Positions 51,700 to 60,680 of a stretch of DNA of 64,000 bases are shown piece after piece (the stretch's first letter is position 1; each line of letters opens with the position of its first letter). The stretch covers positions 128,001-192,000 of the forward strand of contig OZ219788.1 in the NCBI GenBank assembly GCA_964291285.2. The letters run 5' to 3'. The notes under the pieces were generated by a model. That model did no database searches and was not told where the DNA came from. It saw nothing but the letters and a program-made list of their open reading frames with translations. A program made the position numbers and the translations under genes. The stretch is from Alphaproteobacteria bacterium (GTDB taxonomy: Bacteria; Pseudomonadota; Alphaproteobacteria; Bin95).

Positions 51700-52641
51700 A
51701 TGTATGCACTAAGAGACTTTGGCAGCTTCCATGTCGGCGGGCGGATGGTGACCGTGTCCGGTCAGGAGAAGCGCACCGTCGCGTTTACGCCGAGCCTGGT
51801 CCTGGAATACGACCCCAATGGGGAGTTCCTCGTTGAGCAGGTCTATGTCCAGTATTTCATCCCGGCCGAACAGAAGTTCCCGCATCCGCTCGTCCTGCTT
51901 CACGGCGGCGGCCTGACCGGCGCCTGCTGGGAGACGACGCCGGACGGCCGCCCCGGCTGGCTGCACGACTTCCTCCGCCAGGGCTTCGCCGTCTATGTCA
52001 TCGACAATGTCGAGCGCGGGCGTTCCGGCTTCTGTGCGCTCGAAGGCGTATGGGACGGCGAGCCGGTCATGCGGACCGCCGCCGAGGCGTGGGACCTGTT
52101 CCGTTTCGGCCGGCCCGAGGACTTCGCCGCGGGCAAGCCCTTCGAGGGCCAGCGCTTCCCCCTCGATGCGATGGAGAGCTTCCAGCGCCAGTTCGTGCCG
52201 CGCTGGACCTCGACCTCCGAAGCCCAGATCCGGGGCGTCGGCGCGGCTCTCAGGCGGATCGGCCCCTCAGTGCTGATCTGCCACAGCCAAGGCGGTTATC
52301 TCGGCAGCCATGCCGCGATCGAAAATCCCGAATGCATTCGTGGCGTCGTCTGTTGCGAGGGCTCGACCCTGCCCGCGGACGAGCAGGTATCGCCGGCGAC
52401 GGTCGCCGGCGGGCCGTGGCTGCTGCTGCTCGGCGATTTCATCGACTTCTCGCCGCGATGGACCGCCACGCGAGAGACAACCGCCGCCTTCGGCGAACGG
52501 GTGAATGCCGTCGGTAGCCGGGCCGAACTGGTCGAACTGCCCGATGCCGGCTTCCCCGGCGCCACCCACATGTTCATGATGGACGGGCACTCGGCCGACA
52601 TCTCCGAATGGCTCGGAGCCTGGATTCGGGAAAACTGCTGA
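51700..52641 (+). CDS. Alpha/beta hydrolase (esterase)
   Basis: HGGGLTG..WETTPDGRPGW, CHSQGG nucleophile elbow, G.THM. Confidence 0.88.
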   Translation: MYALRDFGSFHVGGRMVTVSGQEKRTVAFTPSLVLEYDPNGEFLVEQVYVQYFIPAEQKFPHPLVLLHGGGLTGACWETTPDGRPGWLHDFLRQGFAVYVIDNVERGRSGFCALEGVWDGEPVMRTAAEAWDLFRFGRPEDFAAGKPFEGQRFPLDAMESFQRQFVPRWTSTSEAQIRGVGAALRRIGPSVLICHSQGGYLGSHAAIENPECIRGVVCCEGSTLPADEQVSPATVAGGPWLLLLGDFIDFSPRWTATRETTAAFGERVNAVGSRAELVELPDAGFPGATHMFMMDGHSADISEWLGAWIRENC

Positions 52642-52665
52642 ACGGCGTGCCGGTCGGGGCGCCGC

Positions 52666-53427
52666 TCAGCCGGTCTTCTCCATGGCGGCGCGGACGTCTT
52701 CCGTCCGGTCGCGGGGCTCGGTCGCGACGATGGCAATCTCGGAGACCGTGGCCCGGCGCGGCAGAGCGAGCGCCATGACGATCGCCGTCGAAATATCTTC
52801 CGGCATCATCATGGTGGCACGTGCGGCGGCGTCCGGCGGCAGCGCGCGCCTGTCGAGGATCGGCGTATCGACCTCTCCGGGAAACACAGTGATGCAGCGG
52901 ATTCCGTGGCGCTGCACCTCGGTGGCAAGCACATCCATCCACGCGCGGACCGCCGCCTTGGCCGCGCTGTACGGCGCGCCGGCCATGATGCTCGGGGAGA
53001 TGGCGGCCATGGACGAGACGGTGACCACATCGCCCGCCTCCTTCTCGATCATCGGCGGCAGGAGCGCACGGGTCAGCATGGCGGGGCCGAGCGTGTTCAC
53101 GTCCATGACCGCGCGCCATTCCTCGGGGCCGACATAGCGGGTGCTGCGCACGGTGGAGGAGAAGCCGGCATTGTTGACCAGGATATCGACCGGGCCGACA
53201 GCCTCGGCGAGGCGGAAGGCTTCGTCCGGGTCCGCGAGGTCGGCCGTATGCACCTCGATGCCGCCCCCGGCGCGCTGCGCGGTCTCATCCAGCGGGGCCC
53301 GGCGGCGGCCGCAGATGACCACCTCAGCGCCGGCCTCGGCGAGGTCGAGAGCGAGGCAGCTTCCGATGCCGCTGCCTCCGCCGGTAACAAGCACGCGTTT
53401 TCCCTGAAAGTTTCCCATGGGGTTCAA
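52666..53427 (-). CDS. SDR family oxidoreductase
   Basis: TGGGSGIG, NNAG, YSAAK, PGEVDT. Confidence 0.9.
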   Translation of the reverse strand: MNPMGNFQGKRVLVTGGGSGIGSCLALDLAEAGAEVVICGRRRAPLDETAQRAGGGIEVHTADLADPDEAFRLAEAVGPVDILVNNAGFSSTVRSTRYVGPEEWRAVMDVNTLGPAMLTRALLPPMIEKEAGDVVTVSSMAAISPSIMAGAPYSAAKAAVRAWMDVLATEVQRHGIRCITVFPGEVDTPILDRRALPPDAAARATMMMPEDISTAIVMALALPRRATVSEIAIVATEPRDRTEDVRAAMEKTG

Positions 53428-54350
53428 TAGCCTCGATTACGGTCAACGGGATGGGTGAGGGGTTCGCCGGCCCGCACCCGGCGGATGTTCTCCGCGACCA
53501 GTGCCGCGCCGGTGACGGGATTGGTGACGCCCGCGACATGGGGCGTGATCCATACCTTGGGATGGCGCCAGAGCGGGTCGCCGGGCGGCAGCGGTTCGGG
53601 CTCGACCACATCGAGCCACGCCCCGCCAAGGCGTCCCGAATCGAGCGCTGCCAACAGGTCCCTTTGCACGACCACCCTGCCCCGCGACGCATTGACGAAG
53701 AAGGCTCCTTCGGGGAGTTGCGCCAGCCTCCCGGCATCGAGCAGGCCTTCCGTGCCGGGCGTCAGCGGCAGCAGGCAGACGAGGAACTCGCTCCCGGCGA
53801 GCATCGCGTCCAGACCTTCTGCGCCGTGGAGATTCTCCAGCCCGTCCAGGTCCCGCGGCGTCCGCGTCCAGCCCGAGACGCGAAAGCCGAGATCGGCGAG
53901 CACGCCGCCCGTGCGCCGGCCGATCTCGCCACAGCCGAGAATGCCGACACGGCGCGGCTCGAAATACGCCTCGAACTGCTCGCGCCACACGCCCCTTGCC
54001 TGCTGGGCCGCGTAAGCCGGCATGTTGCGCGCGAAATGCAGCACGGCATGGACAGCCCAGGCGGCCATAGCGGTCTGCATCCAGGGATCAACCAGCCGCA
54101 CGGCCGGCATGCCCGCCGGCAGGTCGCCCAGAAAGCCGTCAACGCCTGCGCCCGCGGAGAGCACGGCGCGCAGCCCGGTCATGCCCTCGAGCAGGCCGGG
54201 CACGCTGTGGAAGAGCAGCACGAATTCGACCTCCGCCGGGTCGCCGATATCCGGCCAGTCCCGGATTTCGAGGTCCGGCATGAGCCGGCGCAACTCCTCC
54301 TTCCACCGCTCGTCGTCGCCGGCGCCGCCGGTTTTGCAGACCAGGACCAT
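53424..54350 (-). CDS. Glyoxylate/hydroxypyruvate reductase A-like 2-hydroxyacid dehydrogenase
   Basis: GAGVD, GILGCGEIG, LPLTP.T, NASRG, LDV..PEPLP, TPHVAG. Confidence 0.9.
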   Translation of the reverse strand: MVLVCKTGGAGDDERWKEELRRLMPDLEIRDWPDIGDPAEVEFVLLFHSVPGLLEGMTGLRAVLSAGAGVDGFLGDLPAGMPAVRLVDPWMQTAMAAWAVHAVLHFARNMPAYAAQQARGVWREQFEAYFEPRRVGILGCGEIGRRTGGVLADLGFRVSGWTRTPRDLDGLENLHGAEGLDAMLAGSEFLVCLLPLTPGTEGLLDAGRLAQLPEGAFFVNASRGRVVVQRDLLAALDSGRLGGAWLDVVEPEPLPPGDPLWRHPKVWITPHVAGVTNPVTGAALVAENIRRVRAGEPLTHPVDRNRGY

Positions 54351-54386
54351 GCGCTGGAGCGCCCCCCATGCCATTCTGCAGCCATA

Positions 54387-54761
54387 ATGGCCCCGGAAGA
54401 CCGCAAGACCAAGGCCGCCGAAACGGTCATCGAGGGCGCAGCCTCGCTCGACGCCGTTACCACCGCGCTGGCGGAATGCCCGGCGGTGCGCGTGGTGCTG
54501 GTGAGCCCGCCCGGCGGCGCGATCACACTCGGGCCGCTCTTCTTTCGCAAGCTTGTCGATCTGGCGGCCGCCCGCTTCCCCGAAAAGACGCTGCGAGGCC
54601 GGCTCGATTGCGCCGACAGGCCGGGTCTGGCGCTTGCCGCATTCCGGCACGGGCTCGATGCGGCAATCGATACAGACGACGAGCGCTTCCGGCGCCTGCA
54701 GGAGATCGCCCGCGCCTGCGGGCAACGGGTGACAAGAAAGCAGGCAGCCGGAGACGAGTAA
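54387..54761 (+). CDS. Hypothetical protein
   Basis: Fills the gap with a protein-like sequence (LVSPPGG...LGP..F; LDCADRPGLALAAFRHG). Confidence 0.6.
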   Translation: MAPEDRKTKAAETVIEGAASLDAVTTALAECPAVRVVLVSPPGGAITLGPLFFRKLVDLAAARFPEKTLRGRLDCADRPGLALAAFRHGLDAAIDTDDERFRRLQEIARACGQRVTRKQAAGDE

Positions 54762-54812
54762 GGGTGTATTCTGGGCGGACGGCTTCCCGGCAATGCAACG
54801 GGGCGACTGTAT

Positions 54813-55478
54813 ATGGTGCTCGCGCCCACGCTCAACGACCGCCCCGACTGGCGTTACCTGCTCAACGAGATCTACTGGGTTTATCGCCACAGCTCCTCGG
54901 GCGGTAGCCGGCCGATCCGTTCGCATCACCGGCTGGTGCGCCAGCGGCTCAACCGGGCCATCGCGCAGAACCCGTTCGTGCTCGAGCGGCGGCCGAGGAC
55001 CAAGCCGGTCTGTGCTCATCTCGGGCGCGCGATCGACAACGGCAAGCGGTTCGGCCCGGGTGCTCTGGTGCGCTCGGTCGAGACGGTCACGCCCGACCTG
55101 GTTTGGCGATACGGCTACCGCGTTATGCCGGGAAAGCTCGGCGAGAAATACGCCTATGCGGAGTTCATGGGGCCCATGGGACCGGTGATGGCGGACGACC
55201 TTGTGCTCGGCTGCGTCCTTTTCGCGCCGCGCACGATCTATCCCAGCCATGCCCATCGCGGCGTGACGGAAAGCTATATCTGCATTTCCGGGGCGATGTC
55301 GCAGAACGATGTGGCGGTCTACACGCCCGGCTCGATGATCCTGAACACGCCGGAGTTCGACCACAAGATCACCACCTGCGCGCTGGAGCCGACGCTCCTG
55401 GTCTATGCCTGGACCGGCAGCACGGCCGATCTGGCCGAGCAGGAAATGGCGTTCAGGCGCCCGGCCGGGAGGTCTTGA
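54813..55478 (+). CDS. dddL: DMSP lyase DddL (cupin)
   Basis: PDW.YLL.E, GGSRPIR.H, KPV.AHLGRA, GP.GP, LFAP.T.YP.H.H..ESY, PGS.ILN, YAWTG, matching remembered DddL sequences. Confidence 0.82.
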   Translation: MVLAPTLNDRPDWRYLLNEIYWVYRHSSSGGSRPIRSHHRLVRQRLNRAIAQNPFVLERRPRTKPVCAHLGRAIDNGKRFGPGALVRSVETVTPDLVWRYGYRVMPGKLGEKYAYAEFMGPMGPVMADDLVLGCVLFAPRTIYPSHAHRGVTESYICISGAMSQNDVAVYTPGSMILNTPEFDHKITTCALEPTLLVYAWTGSTADLAEQEMAFRRPAGRS

Positions 55479-55538
55479 AATCGCCTTCCGGGCGGCGTAA
55501 TCGAGCCCGTGCCAGCCAGCGAACCGGGAGCCGATTTC

Positions 55539-56459
55539 ATGCGCATCACAGATACGGTCAGGACCATCCTCTCCGGCTATGAGAGCGAGAATCCCGGCGT
55601 CAAGGCGAACCTCGCCCGCATCCTGATGCAGGGCCGGCTCGGCGGCACCGGCAAGCTGGTGATCCTGCCGGTGGACCAGGGCTTCGAGCACGGGCCCGCG
55701 CGCAGCTTCGCGCCCAATCCGCCCGCCTACGATCCGCATTACCATTTCGACCTTGCGCTGGAAGCTGGGCTCTCCGCCTATGCCGCGCCGCTTGGCATGA
55801 TCGAGGCGGGCGCCGGCAGCTTCGCCGGCCAGATCCCGACCATCCTGAAGATGAACAGCGCCAACAGCCTCTCGCGCCTCAAGGACCAGGCGGTCACAGC
55901 CTCCGTCGCCGACGCGCTCCGGCTCGGCTGCTCGGCCATCGGCTTCACGATCTATCCGGGTTCCGACGACCAGTTCGAGATGATGGAGGAAATCCGCGAC
56001 CTGGCGGAGGAAGCGAAGGCGTCGGGTCTCGCGGTGGTCGTGTGGAGCTATCCGCGCGGCGGCGACCTCTCCAGGGAGGGCGAGACGGCGGTCGATATCT
56101 GCGCCTATGCCGCGCACATGGCCTGCCTGCTGGGTGCGCATATCGTCAAGGTGAAGCCGCCGACGGAGGCGCTGGAACTGGACGCTGCCGCGAAGGTCTA
56201 TCGCGACAGGGAAATCCCGGTGACGACGCTGGCGGAGCGCATCGCGCATGTGGTGCAGTCCTGCTTCAACGGGCGGCGCATGGTGGTCTTCTCCGGCGGC
56301 GAGGCGCGGGACACGGAAGGCCTGCTGAACGAAATACGCCAGTTGCGGGACGGCGGCGCTACCGGCTCCATCGTCGGCCGCAACGCCTTCCAGCGCCCGC
56401 GCGAAGAGGCGCTGGAACTGCTGGGGCGGATCGTCGACATCTATCTGAGCAAGGCATGA
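55539..56459 (+). CDS. fbaB: Class I fructose-bisphosphate aldolase
   Basis: ILPVDQGFEHGP, TIYPGS, WSYPRG, VKVK, GRNAFQR. Confidence 0.93.
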   Translation: MRITDTVRTILSGYESENPGVKANLARILMQGRLGGTGKLVILPVDQGFEHGPARSFAPNPPAYDPHYHFDLALEAGLSAYAAPLGMIEAGAGSFAGQIPTILKMNSANSLSRLKDQAVTASVADALRLGCSAIGFTIYPGSDDQFEMMEEIRDLAEEAKASGLAVVVWSYPRGGDLSREGETAVDICAYAAHMACLLGAHIVKVKPPTEALELDAAAKVYRDREIPVTTLAERIAHVVQSCFNGRRMVVFSGGEARDTEGLLNEIRQLRDGGATGSIVGRNAFQRPREEALELLGRIVDIYLSKA

Positions 56460-56824
56460 ACGGGACCGCGCCGGACAGCGCCGCCGCCATCGAGAGCTGG
56501 CACGCGCATGTCTATTTCGACCAGGCGACCAAGACGCGCGCCTGGGACCTGAAGCACCGGGTCGGCGAGGCGTTCGGCGACAGGGTGACGGTCGGTCGCT
56601 TCCATGAGCGCCCGGTCGGGCCGCATCCGATGTGGAGCTTCCAGATCGCCTTCCAGCCGGATGTCTTCGCGGATCTGGTGCCCTGGCTCGCGCTGGAGCG
56701 GGACGGGCTCATCGTGCTGATCCACCCCAATGCCGGCGACGACCTGCTGGACCACCGCGACCGCGCGCTCTGGCTCGGCGCCGGCCTCGACCTCAAGCTC
56801 GGCATGTTCGAACGGTCCGGCTGA
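56456..56824 (+). CDS. DOPA 4,5-dioxygenase family protein
   Basis: WHAHVYF, PVGPHP, LIHPN...DH..A.WLG; ATGA overlap with fbaB. Confidence 0.88.
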   Translation: MNGTAPDSAAAIESWHAHVYFDQATKTRAWDLKHRVGEAFGDRVTVGRFHERPVGPHPMWSFQIAFQPDVFADLVPWLALERDGLIVLIHPNAGDDLLDHRDRALWLGAGLDLKLGMFERSG

Positions 56825-56831
56825 AAGCCGC

Positions 56832-57743
56832 TCACGGGTGGAAGACGGTCATCAACAGGGCAGACAGCGGCATGGCGACGAGCGTCGAAAGCACAACCGC
56901 CGCGGAAGCGCGGCGCTCGTAAATGCCATAGTGCTGCGCCAGCACGAACACATTGGCCCCGACCGGCATCGCCGCAGCCAGCACGGCAACCGCCGTCTCG
57001 AACTCGCCGAGCCCGACCGCGCCTGCCGCCAGCCAGACCATGACGGGATGCGCGATGAGCTTGAACCCGCATAAAGCCGTGCTGTCGCGAAGGTCGCCGG
57101 CGATGCGGTGGGCCGCGAGCGCCGCGCCGAGGCCGGCAAGCGCCGCCGGCGAAGAGGCCGCCGCCAGCAGGTCAATCGCCGCGGCGGCAGGCCCCGGCAG
57201 ACGCCAGGGCAGCAACGCCCAGAGCGTGCCGAGCGCAATCGCGACCAGAAGCGGGTTGGCGGCCACGCGCCCCAGCGCAGCTGCGGCTGCGCCCCGCCTG
57301 CCTCTCGCCGTCTCGATCCGCAGCACGGGCAGGCCCACAAACAGGACTGTGGTGAGCGCGATGATCGCCGTCATCGGGCCGGCTGCCGCTCCGCCCATAT
57401 GGGCCACGATCACCGGCATGCCGAGAAATATGTTGTTCGAGAAGCAGGCTCCCATGCCGGTGAGCGCGCGCTCTTCGACCGGGGCGCGGCGGCCGAACAC
57501 CTCGACCGCCGCCAGCAGCACCAGCGTCGGCCCGAAATAAGCCGCGACAAGCCGCCAGTCGAAGCCCTGGAGCAGCGCGCCCTCCGACGCCGCCCGGAAC
57601 AGCGCGGCCGGCATGGCGAGGTAATAGACGAAACCGTTCAGCCCCTTGCCGCCCGCCTCGTCGATCCAGCCGGCCCGCGCCGCCGCCGCCCCAGCAAAGA
57701 CCAGCAGGAACGCCGGCAGCGCCACTTCGAGAAACGCACCCAT
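56832..57743 (-). CDS. AEC family (auxin efflux carrier) transporter
   Basis: FVYY.AMPA.LF, FSN...LGMP, NP, KL..HP, MP.GAN. Confidence 0.88.
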   Translation of the reverse strand: MGAFLEVALPAFLLVFAGAAAARAGWIDEAGGKGLNGFVYYLAMPAALFRAASEGALLQGFDWRLVAAYFGPTLVLLAAVEVFGRRAPVEERALTGMGACFSNNIFLGMPVIVAHMGGAAAGPMTAIIALTTVLFVGLPVLRIETARGRRGAAAAALGRVAANPLLVAIALGTLWALLPWRLPGPAAAAIDLLAAASSPAALAGLGAALAAHRIAGDLRDSTALCGFKLIAHPVMVWLAAGAVGLGEFETAVAVLAAAMPVGANVFVLAQHYGIYERRASAAVVLSTLVAMPLSALLMTVFHP

Positions 57744-57830
57744 CGCCCGACCCTTTCACGACATGACGGCGGAGGGAACGGGGCAGTTGCCGCAGGCCGT
57801 GCGACTGGAGCCGGGAAGTCGGGCGCGGAG

Positions 57831-57839
57831 TGCTATAGT
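57831..57839 (+). promoter_or_regulatory. Putative extended -10 TGcTATAGT
   Basis: Located 40 bp upstream of the ATG at 57879. Confidence 0.4.
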
Positions 57840-57878
57840 TCGAACTCCCCGCAGCGAAGCGCCGGGAGGCCGAACCAC

Positions 57879-58484
57879 ATGGACGGCACAGGCCGGGCGG
57901 TCCCGCCGGAACCGAGCGAAAGCCGCTATCGCGAAGACGGCTCCCTGGCGCGGGAAGCCTGGGCGTTGCCGCTTGAGGAAGCGTTTCTGGAGGCGTTCCT
58001 CCGCGACCTGTTCGAGAACCACTGGTCCGGCATCCGCTTCGGACCGATGATCCAGGGCGCGGCCTATGAATGGAAATGCCCCGGCGCGCCGAAGCGGACA
58101 AGCCTCTTCGACGGCTATCTCACGGTGATGTTCGGCAATGGCGGGCATTTCCACCTGTGCATCGGCGAAAACCGGGGCTCGCCCGCCAGCCCCACCGGCC
58201 CGGCGCTCCGCGCGCATCGCAGGCCTTCCCGGGCGGAGATATTCCGGGGCTTCGACCGGGAAGCCAAACCGCTTACCTGGGGCTTCGAGATGTGGAACGG
58301 CAAAGGCGAGAACGGCCTCACCGTTTTCTTTCCAAGCCCGTTCCTCAATGACGACGACACCCTCGCCGATCCCCCCGACTTCAGCCGGCTCGCAACCTGG
58401 CGCGCCGTCTCGGCGCGGTGGCTTGGCCGCGCGCCGGAAGCGCTCGACGAGGAGGGCAAGGGCTTCGCCGGGTCCGGGCACTGA
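57879..58484 (+). CDS. Hypothetical protein (HFHLCIG motif)
   Basis: SD GGGAGG; globular aromatic-rich sequence with FGPMIQGAAYE, DGYLT, HFHLCIG, WNGKGE, FPSPFL. Confidence 0.8.
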   Translation: MDGTGRAVPPEPSESRYREDGSLAREAWALPLEEAFLEAFLRDLFENHWSGIRFGPMIQGAAYEWKCPGAPKRTSLFDGYLTVMFGNGGHFHLCIGENRGSPASPTGPALRAHRRPSRAEIFRGFDREAKPLTWGFEMWNGKGENGLTVFFPSPFLNDDDTLADPPDFSRLATWRAVSARWLGRAPEALDEEGKGFAGSGH

Positions 58485-58517
58485 ACCCCCGGCCGGAAAT
58501 GCGGTAATCTTGTCCCG

Positions 58518-59732
58518 ATGAGCTGGCCCGGGAACGAGGAGAGCCTCAAGGAGCGCCGCGCGCGCTGGCGGCGGCGCTACGGCGAAAGCGATGCGGCGGC
58601 GGGAATTCAGACGACAGCAGACTTCACGCCCTTCCGGCAGATAAACGATGTTTTCACCCGCGCCTTCTGGGACGAGCGGGTGCGCACGGAGGAGTCCGAT
58701 GCCTTCTTCCATTCCTACCGGGCGGATTTCACCGCGCGCCGGGGCGACGGCTTCAACCAGAGGGATTTCGCCCTTCGCAACGCCTCCTGGCTGATCTCCG
58801 ACCTGATTACCAACCGTCATCTCGAACAAGGCCGGCGTGAGGGATTCCAGGCGGCGATTTCCGACGACACGCCTGTCGTCGCGGAAAAGGTCGCCGTCGA
58901 GGACCCTGCCGAAATGGCGGCCGAGATCAAGAAGGTCGCCCGGTTCTTCGGCGCCAGCCTCTGCGGCATCACCCAGTACGATGAGCGCTGGACTTATGAG
59001 TCGCGGGTCGATGTGCGGGACTTCTCGGAGGCTCCGGTAGGCCTGCCCGAGGGACTGGAGCATGTCGTCGTGCTCGGCCACGAGATGGACGAGGGGCTTG
59101 TGGCGACCTACCCCTCCGCGCTGGCCGGCGCGGCCACCGGGCGGGAATACAGCCACGAAGCGGCGATCGTCATGCAGCTTGCCGCCTATATCCGGGCGCT
59201 CGGCTACAACGCGGTCGCCTCCATGAACGACACGGCGCTCGCCATTCCCTATGCGCTGAAGGCCGGTCTCGGCGAATATGCCCGCAACCAGCTCGTCATA
59301 ACCCCGGAGACGGGTCCGCGCCTGCGCTTCTCCAAGATCTTCACGGACCTGCCGCTCGCCCATGACGCGCCGCGTAAATTCGGCGTTGCGAAGTTCTGCG
59401 CCGTCTGCACGCGCTGCGCGGACGCCTGTCCGGCGAAAGCCCTGCCCTACGGCCCGCCGACCGCAGATCGTCCCAACCGGTCCGCCATCCGGGGCGTGGT
59501 GAAGTGGACCTCCGATGCGGAGAAGTGCTTCGGCTACTGGGCGAAGCTGGCTTCGGACTGCGCAATCTGCCTCAGGGTATGCCCCTTCAACCGGGATTTC
59601 CGGCGCCGGGCGAACCGGCTGTGGCTGCGCCTCGCGCTATCGCCGCTGCGCCGGCTGGCGCTCTGGCTGGACGACCGGTCCGGGCGGGCAAGGCGGCTCC
59701 GGCCCAGGGACTGGTGGGCCAGCGGCGGTTAA
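58518..59732 (+). CDS. Reductive dehalogenase-like cobalamin/2x[4Fe-4S] protein without TAT signal
   Basis: IKKVARFFGASLCGI, YIRALGY.A, IPYA..AGLGE, GPRLR..TDLPL, CX2CX2CX3CP and CX10CX2CX3CP. Confidence 0.85.
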   Translation: MSWPGNEESLKERRARWRRRYGESDAAAGIQTTADFTPFRQINDVFTRAFWDERVRTEESDAFFHSYRADFTARRGDGFNQRDFALRNASWLISDLITNRHLEQGRREGFQAAISDDTPVVAEKVAVEDPAEMAAEIKKVARFFGASLCGITQYDERWTYESRVDVRDFSEAPVGLPEGLEHVVVLGHEMDEGLVATYPSALAGAATGREYSHEAAIVMQLAAYIRALGYNAVASMNDTALAIPYALKAGLGEYARNQLVITPETGPRLRFSKIFTDLPLAHDAPRKFGVAKFCAVCTRCADACPAKALPYGPPTADRPNRSAIRGVVKWTSDAEKCFGYWAKLASDCAICLRVCPFNRDFRRRANRLWLRLALSPLRRLALWLDDRSGRARRLRPRDWWASGG

Positions 59733-59799
59733 ATGCCGGAACGCAGCAACCGCTGGACGGAACGCGCGCACGAAAGGTCCGCGCGGCGCCGTCGGGCCG

Positions 59800-60402
59800 T
59801 CAGGCCGAGTCCGCAGCCTTGAACGCCTCCCGCGCTTCAAGCCGGTCGGCATAGGCAGCAAGGTTCGGACATGCGCTGAAATCGGCGCCGAGACGGCGGG
59901 ACATAATGACGGCATGACCGGTAATCGTGTCTGCGACGGTAAAGTCGCCCGCGAGGAAATCCCGCCCCTCCATATGCGCCTCGGCGGCGCCGAGCGTCCG
60001 GTTCAGCAGCTTTAGCGAGCGCGCCGCGATTTCGGCGTTTCGCCGCTCCGGCGGAAGCAGGATCGTCTCGACCACATAGTTGTTGATCGGCGGCATGATC
60101 ATGCCTTCCGCATAGTTGAGCCATTGCAGATAGGTGGCAAAATTCGCCGCGTCCGGGCCGGGGGTCAGCTCCGGCGCGTATTTTGCGCCCAGATACTGCG
60201 CGATGGCGGTGCTTTCCGTGATGGTCGTGTCGCCGTCGACCAGAGTCGGCACGCGGCCGTTCGGGTTGATCCTGGCGTATTCGGGACCGCGCATTTCCTT
60301 CTGGCCGAGCGTGAACCGCACCAGGTCATATGTCTTGCCGATTTCCTCCAGGAGCCAGACCGTGCGAACCGCACGCGATCGGGGGGCAAAATACACCTTC
60401 AT
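59800..60402 (-). CDS. Glutathione S-transferase family protein
   Basis: SRA.R..WLLEE, INPNGRVPTL.D, ES.AI..YL, FTVAD. Confidence 0.92.
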   Translation of the reverse strand: MKVYFAPRSRAVRTVWLLEEIGKTYDLVRFTLGQKEMRGPEYARINPNGRVPTLVDGDTTITESTAIAQYLGAKYAPELTPGPDAANFATYLQWLNYAEGMIMPPINNYVVETILLPPERRNAEIAARSLKLLNRTLGAAEAHMEGRDFLAGDFTVADTITGHAVIMSRRLGADFSACPNLAAYADRLEAREAFKAADSA

Positions 60403-60555
60403 CTCTGTTTCCCTTGTCTCAGTCGGGTAACGCTGACGCAACCGCCGGATCGACGACACGCCGCGCGAAGACTGCGATTCGACCGCTTGCGGCAGTGTCG
60501 AGGCGCAAGCGTGTAGCAGAAATTACGGCGATCAGCGAGAGGCTCGCCGGAACGC

Positions 60556-60584
60556 TTGACCGGCGCAGCGCGGTTTTCTACGAA
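60556..60584 (+). promoter_or_regulatory. Putative sigma70 promoter of tRNA-Arg
   Basis: TTGACC-N17-TACGAA just upstream of the tRNA. Confidence 0.5.
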
Positions 60585-60595
60585 GCGAGAGACAC

Positions 60596-60672
60596 GGCCC
60601 CGTAGCTCAGCCGGATAGAGCGGCGGATTCCTAATCCGCAGGTCGCAGGTTCGAGTCCTGCCGGGGTCGCCA
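60596..60672 (+). tRNA. tRNA-Arg(CCT)
   Basis: GGCCCCG acceptor stem, TAGCTCAG D-arm, GCGGA-TTCCTAA-TCCGC anticodon arm, GGTTCGAGTCC T-arm, CCA end. Confidence 0.96.
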
Positions 60673-60680
60673 CCGGCGCA

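Noticed and set aside
57770-57830. Cobalamin riboswitch-like words (ACTGG..CCGGGAAG) upstream of the rdhA pair
   Set aside because: The B12 box and the other conserved elements are missing, the region is too short, and it lies upstream of the apparent -10.
60640-60672. tRNA-Arg 3' end as an integration site
   Set aside because: No duplicate of the tRNA 3' end and no integrase seen in the window; flanking genes look chromosomal.
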